This document shows, one piece after another, positions 1-8,990 of a stretch of 32,883 bases of DNA (the stretch's first letter is position 1; every line of letters begins with the position of its first letter). Location: NCBI GenBank assembly GCA_944372745.1, contig CALWAB010000105.1, positions 1 to 32,883 on the forward strand. Reading direction: 5' to 3'. A program made the position numbers and the translations under genes. The notes below the pieces were generated by a model that ran no database searches, was not told where the DNA came from, and saw only the letters and a program-made list of their open reading frames with translations. Source of the DNA: an uncultured Clostridia bacterium (GTDB taxonomy: Bacteria; Bacillota; Clostridia; Christensenellales; UBA1242).

Positions 1-44
1 ATTATGCACTCATAAAATATTTTGACAAAAAAAGTAGGTTAAAA

Positions 45-335
45 ATGGATAATTTAAGTGAATTATACAATGTAATTAAGACATTTCTTCCATTTGCTAA
101 TCAATATCTCACTAATTCACCACTTGAGCCCTATTTACCCAAAATAGAAAATTTAGTGAATACAATTGATTCAATAGGAGGTATTGATACATTGTCTTCC
201 TTGATGAATTCTTTCAAAAAAAATAACAATCTCCCAACAAATAATATTCCTTCAATAAATAATTATAATGAAAAGCAAATTACTACTCACACAAATTATT
301 TAAAGCCAATAGATTCTTATAAAAGAATAAACTAA
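45..335 (+). CDS. hypothetical small protein (96 aa), N/P/S-rich C-terminal half
   Basis: ORF track only; weak purine-rich region before the ATG; no motif I recognise; stop overlaps the end of the convergent gene by 4 nt. Confidence 0.35.
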   Translation: MDNLSELYNVIKTFLPFANQYLTNSPLEPYLPKIENLVNTIDSIGGIDTLSSLMNSFKKNNNLPTNNIPSINNYNEKQITTHTNYLKPIDSYKRIN

Positions 336-889
336 AATTTGATTTCAAATCGTGTTCTGTATTTGTCTGTATTTTTGATAACCTTATCCGCATATATATT
401 AGTCACATTAAATGGCGTTGATTGCAATGTTTCATTGTTGTTTGAATAATTTGAATCATTTAGCCAAGAACGAACTTGTCCCTCTCCGGCATTATATGCA
501 CATAACACTGTATATTCATCCTTAAACCTATCCATTAAATATCTTAAATAAAATGTCCCCATATTGATATTAAATTGTGGTTCATATAATTTTATTATAG
601 AATAATCATTAATCCCCATTCTTACTGATAACCACTCAGCCGTACTAGGCATTATTTGCATTAATCCTATTGCTCCACTAGAGGACTCACATAAATTATT
701 AAAACTGCTTTCTTCATTAATGACGCTTGCAATCAAAGAAGGTTCAACATCATATACATATCCTGCTGTCATTATTTCATCTTTGTACTTTAGTGGATAC
801 ATTATATTTATATAAATAATAAAAACAAATAATGTTATTAATAATACCAAAACTGATAAAGCTATAGACAATCCTTTTATTTTATCCAT
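332..889 (-). CDS. membrane-anchored lytic transglycosylase (SLT domain)
   Basis: N-terminal TM helix, then SLT signature 'EESSF...SSGAIGLMQIMPSTAEW...YNAG'. Confidence 0.8.
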   Translation of the reverse strand: MDKIKGLSIALSVLVLLITLFVFIIYINIMYPLKYKDEIMTAGYVYDVEPSLIASVINEESSFNNLCESSSGAIGLMQIMPSTAEWLSVRMGINDYSIIKLYEPQFNINMGTFYLRYLMDRFKDEYTVLCAYNAGEGQVRSWLNDSNYSNNNETLQSTPFNVTNIYADKVIKNTDKYRTRFEIKF

Positions 890-961
890 ATTATTATTCT
901 ATGTTAAATTGGTTTTATTATACTATAGAATATTAACTCCAATACAATCATAAAATTAAAT

Positions 962-1969
962 ATGATAAACACCAAAACAAAAGGATTTAAAACAATGATA
1001 TTATGTTCTATCTTCCTTTTGATAGTCATAATTTTTTTAATTATAAACCCCAATAAATATATTAATTCCGCTTTCAATGGTATTCTAATCTGGGCAAAAG
1101 CTGTATTACCTGCCCTTTTCCCATTTTTCTTTATAACAAGGTTGCTAACAGAATTGGGCGGTATCAAAATTTTAGCAAATTCAATGCAAAAATTTATGCA
1201 AAAAGTTTTTAGAGTAAACGGAATGGGTAGTTATGTCTTTCTAACAAGCATAATGAGTGGATACCCTGTAGGCGCTAAAGTTACAAGTGAATTATATGAA
1301 AAGCAACTTATATCATCTAGCGAAGCAAAACGACTTGTCACATTTACTTCTACTTCTGGCCCACTTTTTGTTATTGGTACTGTAGGCGTTGGAATGTTTG
1401 CAAGTGCGGAAATGGGATTTATAATTTTAATATCGCATTTTATAGGAGCTATACTAAACGGTTTACTTTACAGAAATACAAATTATAATAAAAATGATAA
1501 AACAACAATTAACCAAAAATTTCAATACACTGGATTTAGTGATAACATTCTTGAGAAATCAATGTTAAGTGCCATTAATTCCGTTTTAGTTGTTGGTGGT
1601 TATATAGCGGTATTTTTTATACTTATAGACATTTTTAATGATATAGGGCTAATCGGTTTACTGTCAAAATTTTTTGGTGGAATTTTAAGCACATTCGGCA
1701 TTTCAAATGAATATGCAATAGGTTTATCAACAGGGCTATTTGAAATGACCAGAGGCTGTTATGAAAATTCGTTGATATTTACTGATGTAAAAATAGCAAC
1801 TATAATTAATACATTTATTATTTCATTCGGTGGCTTATCTACACACTTGCAAGCTATGACATTTCTTCAGAAATGTAATATAAAAATATCTTTCTTTTTG
1901 AAACAAAAAATGACACATGCACTCTTAGCTTGTGCTGTGTCAATAGTCCTTACTTCAATATTTATGTAA
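962..1969 (+). CDS. ylbJ: sporulation integral membrane protein YlbJ (nucleoside-recognition/Gate-type membrane protein)
   Basis: Polytopic membrane protein with 'IWAKAVLPALFPFFF', 'MSGYPVGAKV' and 'TSTSGPLFVIG', typical of YlbJ; the internal ATG at 995 has a better SD (AAAGGA) and may be the true start. Confidence 0.7.
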   Translation: MINTKTKGFKTMILCSIFLLIVIIFLIINPNKYINSAFNGILIWAKAVLPALFPFFFITRLLTELGGIKILANSMQKFMQKVFRVNGMGSYVFLTSIMSGYPVGAKVTSELYEKQLISSSEAKRLVTFTSTSGPLFVIGTVGVGMFASAEMGFIILISHFIGAILNGLLYRNTNYNKNDKTTINQKFQYTGFSDNILEKSMLSAINSVLVVGGYIAVFFILIDIFNDIGLIGLLSKFFGGILSTFGISNEYAIGLSTGLFEMTRGCYENSLIFTDVKIATIINTFIISFGGLSTHLQAMTFLQKCNIKISFFLKQKMTHALLACAVSIVLTSIFM

Positions 1970-2677
1970 TCAAAAATTTATTAGTTCGTCGTATAAACGA
2001 TTATAAACACCCCTTAATGATTTGATTTTCTCAGTATCTTTTAATAATGTTCGCCCCACTGCTTTTATTAAAATTTTATTATTTATCTTAATAGCTTCTT
2101 TGAATGCTTTAAGATAAAATTTCAATTCATCTTCTTTATCTTCTTTTATTTTATAATCAGATTCTATAACTCTTTCCATGTCTAGAGCAATATCTTTTAA
2201 ACTTTGATATTCTTCTTCATTATTTACTTCTTCTTCGTCATCAGTTACTAATTCTATATTTTTAGCATTTTCCAAATATAACATAGCATTTCTAAAAGGC
2301 AAAATGAAATAATGCCCGAAATTTGTATAAACATCGTTTATTGTTCCATCATATATAAAATGCTTACTAATAAATGCTTCATAATCAATTTTATTTAAAA
2401 CAATTTGCTGTAAAATTAAGTAACACAGTGCCACTATTTTTTCATTTTCCTTTGGCATTACAAAGTCTTTCGGTGTATTTTCATTGGCAGAAATTGCAAG
2501 CCCCAATTCAGTGGTAAAATCAAAGTTATTAATACATTTTTTTACTATTTCTCTAAATTTTTCATCATTATTAATACTTTCTATCAATTTTACAATATTA
2601 TTCCCCATCATTATGTATTTAGCATCAATGAAGTTATTACATAAAGCAACAAAAGGACGCTGTTCATTTGTTTCCAT
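1970..2677 (-). CDS. hypothetical protein (235 aa) with acidic central segment
   Basis: Long stop-free frame in AT-rich DNA; ends with TGA directly abutting the ylbJ stop; no recognisable domain. Confidence 0.5.
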   Translation of the reverse strand: METNEQRPFVALCNNFIDAKYIMMGNNIVKLIESINNDEKFREIVKKCINNFDFTTELGLAISANENTPKDFVMPKENEKIVALCYLILQQIVLNKIDYEAFISKHFIYDGTINDVYTNFGHYFILPFRNAMLYLENAKNIELVTDDEEEVNNEEEYQSLKDIALDMERVIESDYKIKEDKEDELKFYLKAFKEAIKINNKILIKAVGRTLLKDTEKIKSLRGVYNRLYDELINF

Positions 2678-2754
2678 TTCTCACCTCGAATGTTAATATT
2701 ATAACATATTCAACTTTATAAAACAAATATTTTAATATGTATATTATAAAACAG

Positions 2755-2783
2755 TTGGCAAATTACAAAATTTGTGATAAAAT
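2755..2783 (+). promoter_or_regulatory. sigma-A-type promoter (TTGGCA-17 nt-TGaTAAAAT)
   Basis: -35 TTGGCA at 2755-2760, 17-nt spacer ending in an extended -10 TG, -10 TAAAAT at 2778-2783, about 30 nt upstream of the AAGGAGG SD of the next gene. Confidence 0.4.
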
Positions 2784-2813
2784 ACTTTTATCAAATCTAC
2801 AAGGAGGCAAATC

Positions 2814-3359
2814 TTGAGTACACAGTTCGTAGCGGATGAAACAGAAAATAAATTAATTTTGTTATTTATACTCGATAAAATGGAAATACCTCTGACTGAG
2901 AATTCTATTATGGATATAGCCACAAGTAGAAATACTTGGCTGTCATATATGGATTGTAAAGATATTTTATGGCAACTTGTGAAGGCTAAATTTGTTTATT
3001 TTGACCAAAATCCAAACAACAAAGATGAAGGTTTATATTCAATTACTGCTGAAGGCAGAGACTGTTTATCACATTTTTTTGCTAAAATACCTCAGTCAAT
3101 CCGAGAAGATATTTCTACATTCTGCAAACAAAATAGAATAACATTTAAAAGAGTTCAAGAGTATGTATCCGTTTACCATAAAAATAATGATGGCTCTCAT
3201 ACGATAGTGTTAAGGATTAATAATCCAAAAGGATTTCAGCCTATTTTAAAAATTCAAGTCAAAGTAGATTCGAGACGCAGTGCTATAAATGCTTGTAAAA
3301 AATGGCAAGATAAAGCACCTATTATATATGAAAAAATTTTGGAAGATTTGCTTGATTAG
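2814..3359 (+). CDS. DUF4364-family protein
   Basis: TTG start 6 nt after AAGGAGG; the N-terminus 'ETENKLILLFILDKMEIPLTENSIMDI' resembles the Clostridial DUF4364 family as I recall it. Confidence 0.55.
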   Translation: MSTQFVADETENKLILLFILDKMEIPLTENSIMDIATSRNTWLSYMDCKDILWQLVKAKFVYFDQNPNNKDEGLYSITAEGRDCLSHFFAKIPQSIREDISTFCKQNRITFKRVQEYVSVYHKNNDGSHTIVLRINNPKGFQPILKIQVKVDSRRSAINACKKWQDKAPIIYEKILEDLLD

Positions 3360-3368
3360 GAGGAACGA

Positions 3369-3734
3369 ATGACAACAAAAAGTAAACCGCAATCTTATAA
3401 ACCACAAGGAATATGTTATACACAGTTTGTTATTAATTTTGATGTAGATGAAGATAATGAATTAATTTGCAAAGATGTTAGAACTTTAGGTGATGGCTGT
3501 AAAGGAATGATTTCCACACTTAATTGTTTGATAAAAGACCGCAAAGCCAAAGAAATAGTTCAGGAACTAGATAAATTGGGTATTTGCAAGAACAATACTT
3601 CTTGTGCCTTGGAGTTGTCTAAAGCAATAAACGAGGCTATTCTTGTTCATAATGGTGTAGATATTTCACAACTTCATAGCAAGAGAAAGCCCCCTATTAC
3701 AAGCCTTGGATTATCAATTCAAAGTAAAAAATAA
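3369..3734 (+). CDS. TIGR03905-like 4-Cys TSCPD-domain protein (divergent motif, C-terminal extension)
   Basis: 'YKPQGICYTQ...GDGCKGM...ICKNNTSCALELSKAI' matches the four-Cys layout of the small TSCPD family (canonical ...GGCxGN...C..TSCPDQL). Confidence 0.6.
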   Translation: MTTKSKPQSYKPQGICYTQFVINFDVDEDNELICKDVRTLGDGCKGMISTLNCLIKDRKAKEIVQELDKLGICKNNTSCALELSKAINEAILVHNGVDISQLHSKRKPPITSLGLSIQSKK

Positions 3735-3767
3735 CACGATTCACCAATATGGTGATATCGTGTTTTT
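3734..3767. terminator. bidirectional rho-independent terminator between convergent genes
   Basis: Hairpin ACACGAT-TCACCA-ata-TGGTGA-t-ATCGTGT followed by a T-run on the plus strand; A/T-rich on the other side. Confidence 0.6.
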
Positions 3768-3778
3768 ATATATATTAA

Positions 3779-4768
3779 CTATGCAACAAATTTTTGTGCT
3801 ACCTTATCTGCTATAGTATTATCTACTACGGTACTAAATGGCACTCTTTCTGTTAATTCTCCTGCACTACTAATTATATCTAATAGATTTTCATAAGCAC
3901 TTTCTTTCATAGCCGGACTATCTACCCAAGCATCAATAGATTTATAACTTTCTATAGCATTTTGAATAGATGTTCTCGTACTACCAGTGAATGAAGGCAT
4001 AAGAGAGTCTACTACATCATTTATATCTGCAGTCATCAAATACTCATAACCTTTCATAACGGCAGTAAGGAAACTTTCTGCTTTATCAGGATTTTCTTCA
4101 AGCCATGTCGGTGTAGCCATAAATGCAGTATATGGAACTTCTCCGCTTTCTTGCCCAATTGATGCTACTACATAACCTTTACCAGCAGCTACATAATCAC
4201 TAGCTGTAGGTTCAAACATAGTACAATAATCTCCTGTACCATTTTCAAATGCACTAACCATTAAATCAAATGCTACATCTAGATTTATTTCAGCAGTATT
4301 ACCAACTCCATTTTGTTCCAAAACATATGCAAGAGTCATAGCTGGCATTCCACCACGGCGTCCGCCTAAAATTTCTTTACCAGCTAAATTTGACCATTCG
4401 AAATTAGGTTCTGCTTCTCTTCCAATTAATAATGTCCCATCTCTTTTCGTAAGTTGGCCGAATATAAGTGGTTGTTCAGTAGAACCCTGTGCAGCTACAT
4501 AGACAGCTGTTTCAGGGCCTAATAAAGCTACTTGTGCCTGCCCTGAAATTAAAGCAGTCATAGATTTATCTGAACCCCCACCATTAATTAATTCAATCTC
4601 TATACCTTCATCTTCAAAATATCCATTATTAATAGCGATATATAATGGTGCATAGAAGATACTGTGAGTGACTTCATTCAATTTTATAGTATTACTAGAA
4701 CTTCCGCATCCACTAAATGCTAATACCACTGCCAACGCTATAGCAATAAGTATGTTAGTCGTTTTCAT
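3779..4768 (-). CDS. ABC-transporter substrate-binding lipoprotein (NMT1/THI5-like, NitT/TauA family)
   Basis: Start refined to ATG 4768 (AGGAGGAATT SD); signal peptide plus lipobox 'LAFSGCGSS'; 'FYAPLYIA...GYF...EL' is typical of NMT1-like binding proteins; no permease or ATPase gene adjacent. Confidence 0.7.
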   Translation of the reverse strand: MKTTNILIAIALAVVLAFSGCGSSSNTIKLNEVTHSIFYAPLYIAINNGYFEDEGIEIELINGGGSDKSMTALISGQAQVALLGPETAVYVAAQGSTEQPLIFGQLTKRDGTLLIGREAEPNFEWSNLAGKEILGGRRGGMPAMTLAYVLEQNGVGNTAEINLDVAFDLMVSAFENGTGDYCTMFEPTASDYVAAGKGYVVASIGQESGEVPYTAFMATPTWLEENPDKAESFLTAVMKGYEYLMTADINDVVDSLMPSFTGSTRTSIQNAIESYKSIDAWVDSPAMKESAYENLLDIISSAGELTERVPFSTVVDNTIADKVAQKFVA

Positions 4769-4929
4769 AATTCCTCCTAAATTTTGTATAAAACGTATGA
4801 TTATACATTCCATTATATTCAAACTTATACTTTAGTGTTCACTATCTTATTCGACATTTTTTTACAATGTGTTTTATTTGATTGTTTTAGGAATATTTTT
4901 ATGTTATAATAATTACATTAAGGTGAATT

Positions 4930-5580
4930 ATGACAATAAAAAATGTACCAAATATATTGAGTTTTATAAGATTATTATTAGTTCCTGTCTATTTAATCGC
5001 ATTCTTTTTGATTAATCAATATGTTGCTTTAGGAATCTTCATTGTTGCTTCAATAACGGATTTGGTAGATGGTTATATAGCTAGGCGTTATGATGCCATA
5101 ACCGAATTTGGGAAAGTTCTTGACCCATTTGCTGATAAACTAATGAAAACTTCTGCATTAATTACATTAATTTTTATCAACCTTCCAATTTGGGTAGCAG
5201 TTGTTATGATAGCGTGTGATTTAGCAATGATTATTAGCGGAATGTGCTTATACAAAAAACAAATAACAATACAAAGCAATTGGATAGGAAAACTTGGCAC
5301 ATTTGTTATTAGTGTGGGCATTGTCTTAAGTTTCTTTGTAGAATGGCTAGGAAATGTTAACCTTTATGTAATTTATTCAGGTATTCTCATAGCTATTATT
5401 GCTGGTTTAGATTATGTGTATTATTTTTTTACAAAAAAATTTAAAAAAAATAAAAACTCAAATGATGAACTTACTCAAAATTCAACCATTGAAAATTTAA
5501 ATAAAACAGCCAATAATGATATTGTGCATAATGATAAACAAGAAACTATAATAGAATCTAATAACACTCAAAACAATTAA
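4930..5580 (+). CDS. pgsA: CDP-diacylglycerol--glycerol-3-phosphate 3-phosphatidyltransferase with N-rich C-terminal tail
   Basis: CDP-alcohol phosphatidyltransferase motif 'DLVDGYIARRYDAITEFGKVLDPFADKL'; multiple TM helices. Confidence 0.85.
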   Translation: MTIKNVPNILSFIRLLLVPVYLIAFFLINQYVALGIFIVASITDLVDGYIARRYDAITEFGKVLDPFADKLMKTSALITLIFINLPIWVAVVMIACDLAMIISGMCLYKKQITIQSNWIGKLGTFVISVGIVLSFFVEWLGNVNLYVIYSGILIAIIAGLDYVYYFFTKKFKKNKNSNDELTQNSTIENLNKTANNDIVHNDKQETIIESNNTQNN

Positions 5581-5601
5581 AAAACAAATTTTCATAAGTT
5601 A

Positions 5602-5630
5602 TTGACAATTGTATGTGCTTATGATATAAT
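5602..5630 (+). promoter_or_regulatory. consensus sigma-A promoter (TTGACA-17 nt-TGaTATAAT)
   Basis: Perfect -35 at 5602-5607, 17-nt spacer with extended -10 TG, perfect -10 at 5625-5630, 17 nt upstream of the ATG at 5648. Confidence 0.6.
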
Positions 5631-5647
5631 TGTAACCGAGGTAAATT

Positions 5648-5899
5648 ATGATAAATTCAATGATTATGGCAGTTACTTTTGGAGAATGGATTTCTACATG
5701 GTATCATATCGTAGCAATGGTTTTAATAGTTATTGGCATTGCTATGTATATCTTAGCTAAAAGATTAGCAATAGTAATAAAAAAGAATGATAAATTAGAG
5801 TCAAACGATAAATTAATTACTACTTTTAGAGTTATAGCTTTGGTAATATTTGTTATCGGTATAATTCTATTTTGCCTTCCACCAAAAGGATTCGAATGA
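5648..5899 (+). CDS. small two-TM membrane protein (83 aa), unknown function
   Basis: GAGGT SD 5 nt upstream; two hydrophobic helices separated by 'KKNDKLESNDK'; TGA stop. Confidence 0.5.
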   Translation: MINSMIMAVTFGEWISTWYHIVAMVLIVIGIAMYILAKRLAIVIKKNDKLESNDKLITTFRVIALVIFVIGIILFCLPPKGFE

Positions 5900-5927
5900 T
5901 TAGTATTGTACTTTTAGTACAATATTT

Positions 5928-6003
5928 GCTCCCATCGTCTAGTGGCCTAGGACGCTAGCCTCTCACGCTGGTAACACGGGTTCGACCCCCGTTGGGAGTA
6001 CCA
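5928..6003 (+). tRNA. tRNA-Glu (anticodon CUC), encoded CCA
   Basis: Manual cloverleaf: acceptor GCTCCCA/TGGGAGT (G1-U72 wobble), 3-bp D stem GTC/GAC as in tRNA-Glu, anticodon stem CTAGC/GCTGG with loop CT-CTC-AC, T arm ACGGG-TTCGACC-CCCGT, discriminator A plus CCA. Confidence 0.9.
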
Positions 6004-6007
6004 AATA

Positions 6008-6033
6008 AACACCGCATAGGTGTTTTTTATTTT
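6008..6033 (+). terminator. rho-independent terminator after tRNA-Glu
   Basis: AACACC-gcata-GGTGTT followed by TTTTTTATTTT. Confidence 0.7.
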
Positions 6034-6093
6034 AAATAATATCATTTATACTTATTTTTTTTATATAACAGCCTATATAAATTTTTACCCTTA

Positions 6094-6128
6094 CAAAAAA
6101 CAAGGATATTTAAAACGAATATCCTTGT
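6094..6128 (-). terminator. rho-independent terminator after the GNAT gene
   Basis: 10-bp stem ACAAGGATAT/ATATCCTTGT with 9-nt loop, followed on the minus strand by a T-run. Confidence 0.6.
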
Positions 6129-6135
6129 AAATCAT

Positions 6136-6600
6136 TTAATCAAATCTTTTTGCCCAATTATATCCAAATACATATTTTCTCTCTGTATATAATGGAGCAT
6201 TAATATCGTAAATTATTGATTGCGACATTACATATTTTTGTTTATTGGCCATATTTATTGCTTCTACTGTGTTCTTCCCACTCCAAGCACGAAGTTGAAA
6301 TAAATGCTTTTCTTTTGTCCAATCTTCTGCTAATTTGAGTAAATTAGTTCCTATTCCATTTCTTCTGTAATCTTCTACAACTTCAATATGATTTATAAAT
6401 GCTTCTTCCCCTTCCAAAGGCTCTAATAAAGGTAATATAACAATGGATATTATGCCTACTAAACGATCATTATCAAATGCTCCATAAGTCGTAGCTTTAT
6501 CTTTAAAATTTGATACATTATATTTATTCAATATATCACCAAATGTAATTTCTATATTTTTATAATCATCTTCATTTAATTCTCTGTAAGTAATATTCAT
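6136..6600 (-). CDS. GNAT-family N-acetyltransferase
   Basis: Acetyl-CoA motif A 'VEDYRRNGIGTNLL'; start refined to ATG 6600 (GGAAGG SD 9 nt upstream) rather than the track's TTG at 6609. Confidence 0.8.
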   Translation of the reverse strand: MNITYRELNEDDYKNIEITFGDILNKYNVSNFKDKATTYGAFDNDRLVGIISIVILPLLEPLEGEEAFINHIEVVEDYRRNGIGTNLLKLAEDWTKEKHLFQLRAWSGKNTVEAINMANKQKYVMSQSIIYDINAPLYTERKYVFGYNWAKRFD

Positions 6601-6633
6601 TTCTAGCAACCTTCCTTTGTATTTGAATAAATC

Positions 6634-6662
6634 ATTATACCCAAAATTTTATATTAAGTCAA
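6634..6662 (-). promoter_or_regulatory. sigma-A-type promoter for the GNAT gene (TTGACT-17 nt-TATAAT)
   Basis: Minus strand: TTGACT (6657-6662), 17-nt spacer, TATAAT (6634-6639), immediately downstream of the spoIIIAE stop. Confidence 0.5.
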
Positions 6663-6677
6663 GGATTTGTAAATTCA

Positions 6678-7931
6678 TTATGTATAAAAGGCGTTACCAG
6701 AAATAATAATTAATCCAACAGAAATTAAGTACATAAATGCAATACTTAAAATAGTCGCAACTAAATATCCCATATTTTTGGAAATTGTATAAACAAAATT
6801 GCTTGTCCTAGAATCAGACAATGGTTCTATTACTGCTGCAGTTAATTTTAGCCCTAAACTAAATATAACTATTTTTATTACAGGAATTAAAATTGTCGCA
6901 AATAACAATAATAATCCAGCCACCCCTAAGGCATTCTTAATCAAAATAGAACTTGACATTATTAAATTAAAACCATCGGATAAATAACCACCGACAATAG
7001 GTACATAACTTTTAATTGCATACTTTGCAGTTTGTACTGAAATACCATCAAAACTACCAGCAGTAATACCTTGAATAGTTATAAAAGTAAAAAATAAAGT
7101 CATAACTGAACCAGTTACCCATTTAAAAGCACTTTTGAAGAAAGAAATAAACTTGTCCAACTTAATACTATTGCTTAAATTTCCCACTATAGTAAATATA
7201 AACGCACAGATAAATAATGGAAATATAACATAATTAAAAATTTGCATTACACCTGAAACTAAGACGGCTACTAATGGTTGGAAAACACTTACAGAAACTA
7301 GCCCACCTAAACTAGTTAGCAAAGTTAATAAAATAGGAAAAATAATTTGCATTTGTGCTTGTATTGATGTTAACAAATCTCTTGTCATTGAAACCAAAGA
7401 TAGAACCGCTCCCGATAGTACTACAATGATTACTCCAAAACAAACAAAATGAACAATATCTGCTATAGAATGGTCATTAACCTTGACACGCAAATTTGAA
7501 ATAAAACTTGATAAAATGGCAATAGCACAAATTGTTGCTAAAAGCGGAATAAAATTCAATAATTCATCAAGCAAAATAGTTAGTATTTGCGAAAAAAGTG
7601 ATTGGTCTGTTGATAAATCGCTTGTTAATAATTGAGCTACTTTGTCATAAAAGCTTGAAGTTCCAAATATAGATATTTCATTTTCACTCAACCCATTTAA
7701 GATATCTTGAAACCCACTTAAGTCAAGTCCACTTAATTGTTCATCTACAGTCTCTGTCAACGCTTCTTCAATCTCATCTAAATCAGTTGTTGTATCGGTA
7801 CTAATTGATAACGACATAGCAAAATTTGATAATATGATAACCAAAAATGCTAACAAACACAAAAACAAATCTCTTTTCTTAAATTTATATTTAAATTGAA
7901 AATTTATTTTTTGATAAATACTATTAATCAT
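6678..7931 (-). CDS. spoIIIAE: stage III sporulation protein AE
   Basis: ~400-aa polytopic membrane protein with N-terminal signal/TM and an acidic soluble segment; position after AA-AD in the operon; start overlaps the spoIIIAD stop (ATGA). Confidence 0.85.
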   Translation of the reverse strand: MINSIYQKINFQFKYKFKKRDLFLCLLAFLVIILSNFAMSLSISTDTTTDLDEIEEALTETVDEQLSGLDLSGFQDILNGLSENEISIFGTSSFYDKVAQLLTSDLSTDQSLFSQILTILLDELLNFIPLLATICAIAILSSFISNLRVKVNDHSIADIVHFVCFGVIIVVLSGAVLSLVSMTRDLLTSIQAQMQIIFPILLTLLTSLGGLVSVSVFQPLVAVLVSGVMQIFNYVIFPLFICAFIFTIVGNLSNSIKLDKFISFFKSAFKWVTGSVMTLFFTFITIQGITAGSFDGISVQTAKYAIKSYVPIVGGYLSDGFNLIMSSSILIKNALGVAGLLLLFATILIPVIKIVIFSLGLKLTAAVIEPLSDSRTSNFVYTISKNMGYLVATILSIAFMYLISVGLIIISGNAFYT

Positions 7932-8311
7932 ATTAGCCCCAAAATTATGTTTAAAATTGATGTAAATATAGGAAGAGCAAGCACTAATATTACAACTTTT
8001 CCCCCTAACATTATTTTATCGGCTATTGAAGAATTGCCACTATCTGCACAAAGACTTGCACTAAATTCTGTTAAATACCCTACCCCTATAATCTTTATTA
8101 AAACTCCAAATAATTCACTAGACACACCCGTTTGTTCTACTATATTATTGAATACAGCAAAAACGCCACTAAGCATATCAACCAATTCAAAAAATATTAA
8201 TAAAGAACCTGCTAAACCAAGTAATACTGCTATTTCCGGTTTTGTTTGTTTGACAATTAAAACTGCAATAGTAGTTATTATACCTATAGCAATTATTTTA
8301 AATATTTCCAT
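7928..8311 (-). CDS. spoIIIAD: stage III sporulation protein AD
   Basis: 127-aa four-TM protein; order and size match SpoIIIAD. Confidence 0.8.
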   Translation of the reverse strand: MEIFKIIAIGIITTIAVLIVKQTKPEIAVLLGLAGSLLIFFELVDMLSGVFAVFNNIVEQTGVSSELFGVLIKIIGVGYLTEFSASLCADSGNSSIADKIMLGGKVVILVLALPIFTSILNIILGLI

Positions 8312-8317
8312 ATTCCC

Positions 8318-8512
8318 CTACAATTGAAATAGAACTTTTACACTTTCAAACAATTCTCCTATCATATTAATTAACATAAGCAGAACAATAATAACTCCAG
8401 CTAAAGTAGCTAAAGTAGCTATTTCATCTTTGCCCGCATATTTTAATACTTGATTCACTACTGCTGTCAATATGCCTATTGCCGCTATTTTAAAAATAAT
8501 TTCTATTCCCAT
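8318..8512 (-). CDS. spoIIIAC: stage III sporulation protein AC
   Basis: 64-aa two-TM protein 'IFKIAAIGILTAV...LAGV'; order and size match SpoIIIAC. Confidence 0.8.
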   Translation of the reverse strand: MGIEIIFKIAAIGILTAVVNQVLKYAGKDEIATLATLAGVIIVLLMLINMIGELFESVKVLFQL

Positions 8513-8519
8513 AAAATCC

Positions 8520-8990
8520 TCATATAAAAAATATTGCTAATGTGATGCCAAACAAAAACCCTAATTTAGTAGATATTCTACCTATTTTGTTATAATCTGC
8601 TTCACATTTTTCTATCACATTATTTATTTGAAATGTAAAATTTTTTAATCCAGCTATTTGATTCTCACTATCACTTTTACCTAGATGATTAAAAATATTG
8701 TTGATTATATATACTTCTTCTTTTTTTAATAAAATATAATATTGTTTTTTGTTGCTAATATAATCATTTATAATCTCAATTAATGCTACACTCGGTTGCT
8801 GTTGTTTAACAAAATTTAACAAAATGACATTAATACTATCTTTAAGAAAATTAATATTATTAATTAAAAAATTAAGTAAATCATTTACATCTTTAAAAAA
8901 TATTACCCTCTTCTTATAATAATTACTTATTCCCCAGCCAATATATGTTGAACAAGCCACAATCAATATAGATAAAAGAATACTTATCAT
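8520..8990 (-). CDS. spoIIIAB: stage III sporulation protein AB
   Basis: 156 aa with N- and C-terminal TM helices flanking a soluble domain; position between AA and AC. Confidence 0.7.
   Translation of the reverse strand: MISILLSILIVACSTYIGWGISNYYKKRVIFFKDVNDLLNFLINNINFLKDSINVILLNFVKQQQPSVALIEIINDYISNKKQYYILLKKEEVYIINNIFNHLGKSDSENQIAGLKNFTFQINNVIEKCEADYNKIGRISTKLGFLFGITLAIFFI

Noticed and set aside
890-961. Sigma-E promoter for ylbJ in the SLT/ylbJ divergent region (TATACTAT as the -10)
   Set aside because: The -10-like octamer is acceptable, but no ATA-core -35 element sits at the required 14-nt spacing. This is too weak to report as a feature.
4769-4929. TPP (THI-box) riboswitch upstream of the NMT1/THI5-like binding protein
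   Set aside because: No CUGAGA or ACCUGAUCUGGAUAAUGCCAGCG-like core elements on the minus strand; the region looks like plain AT-rich promoter DNA.
5928-6135. tRNA-Glu as an integration hotspot flanked by a mobile element
   Set aside because: No integrase, no direct repeat of the tRNA 3' end, and the flanking genes (GNAT, spoIIIA) are chromosomal with the same composition.
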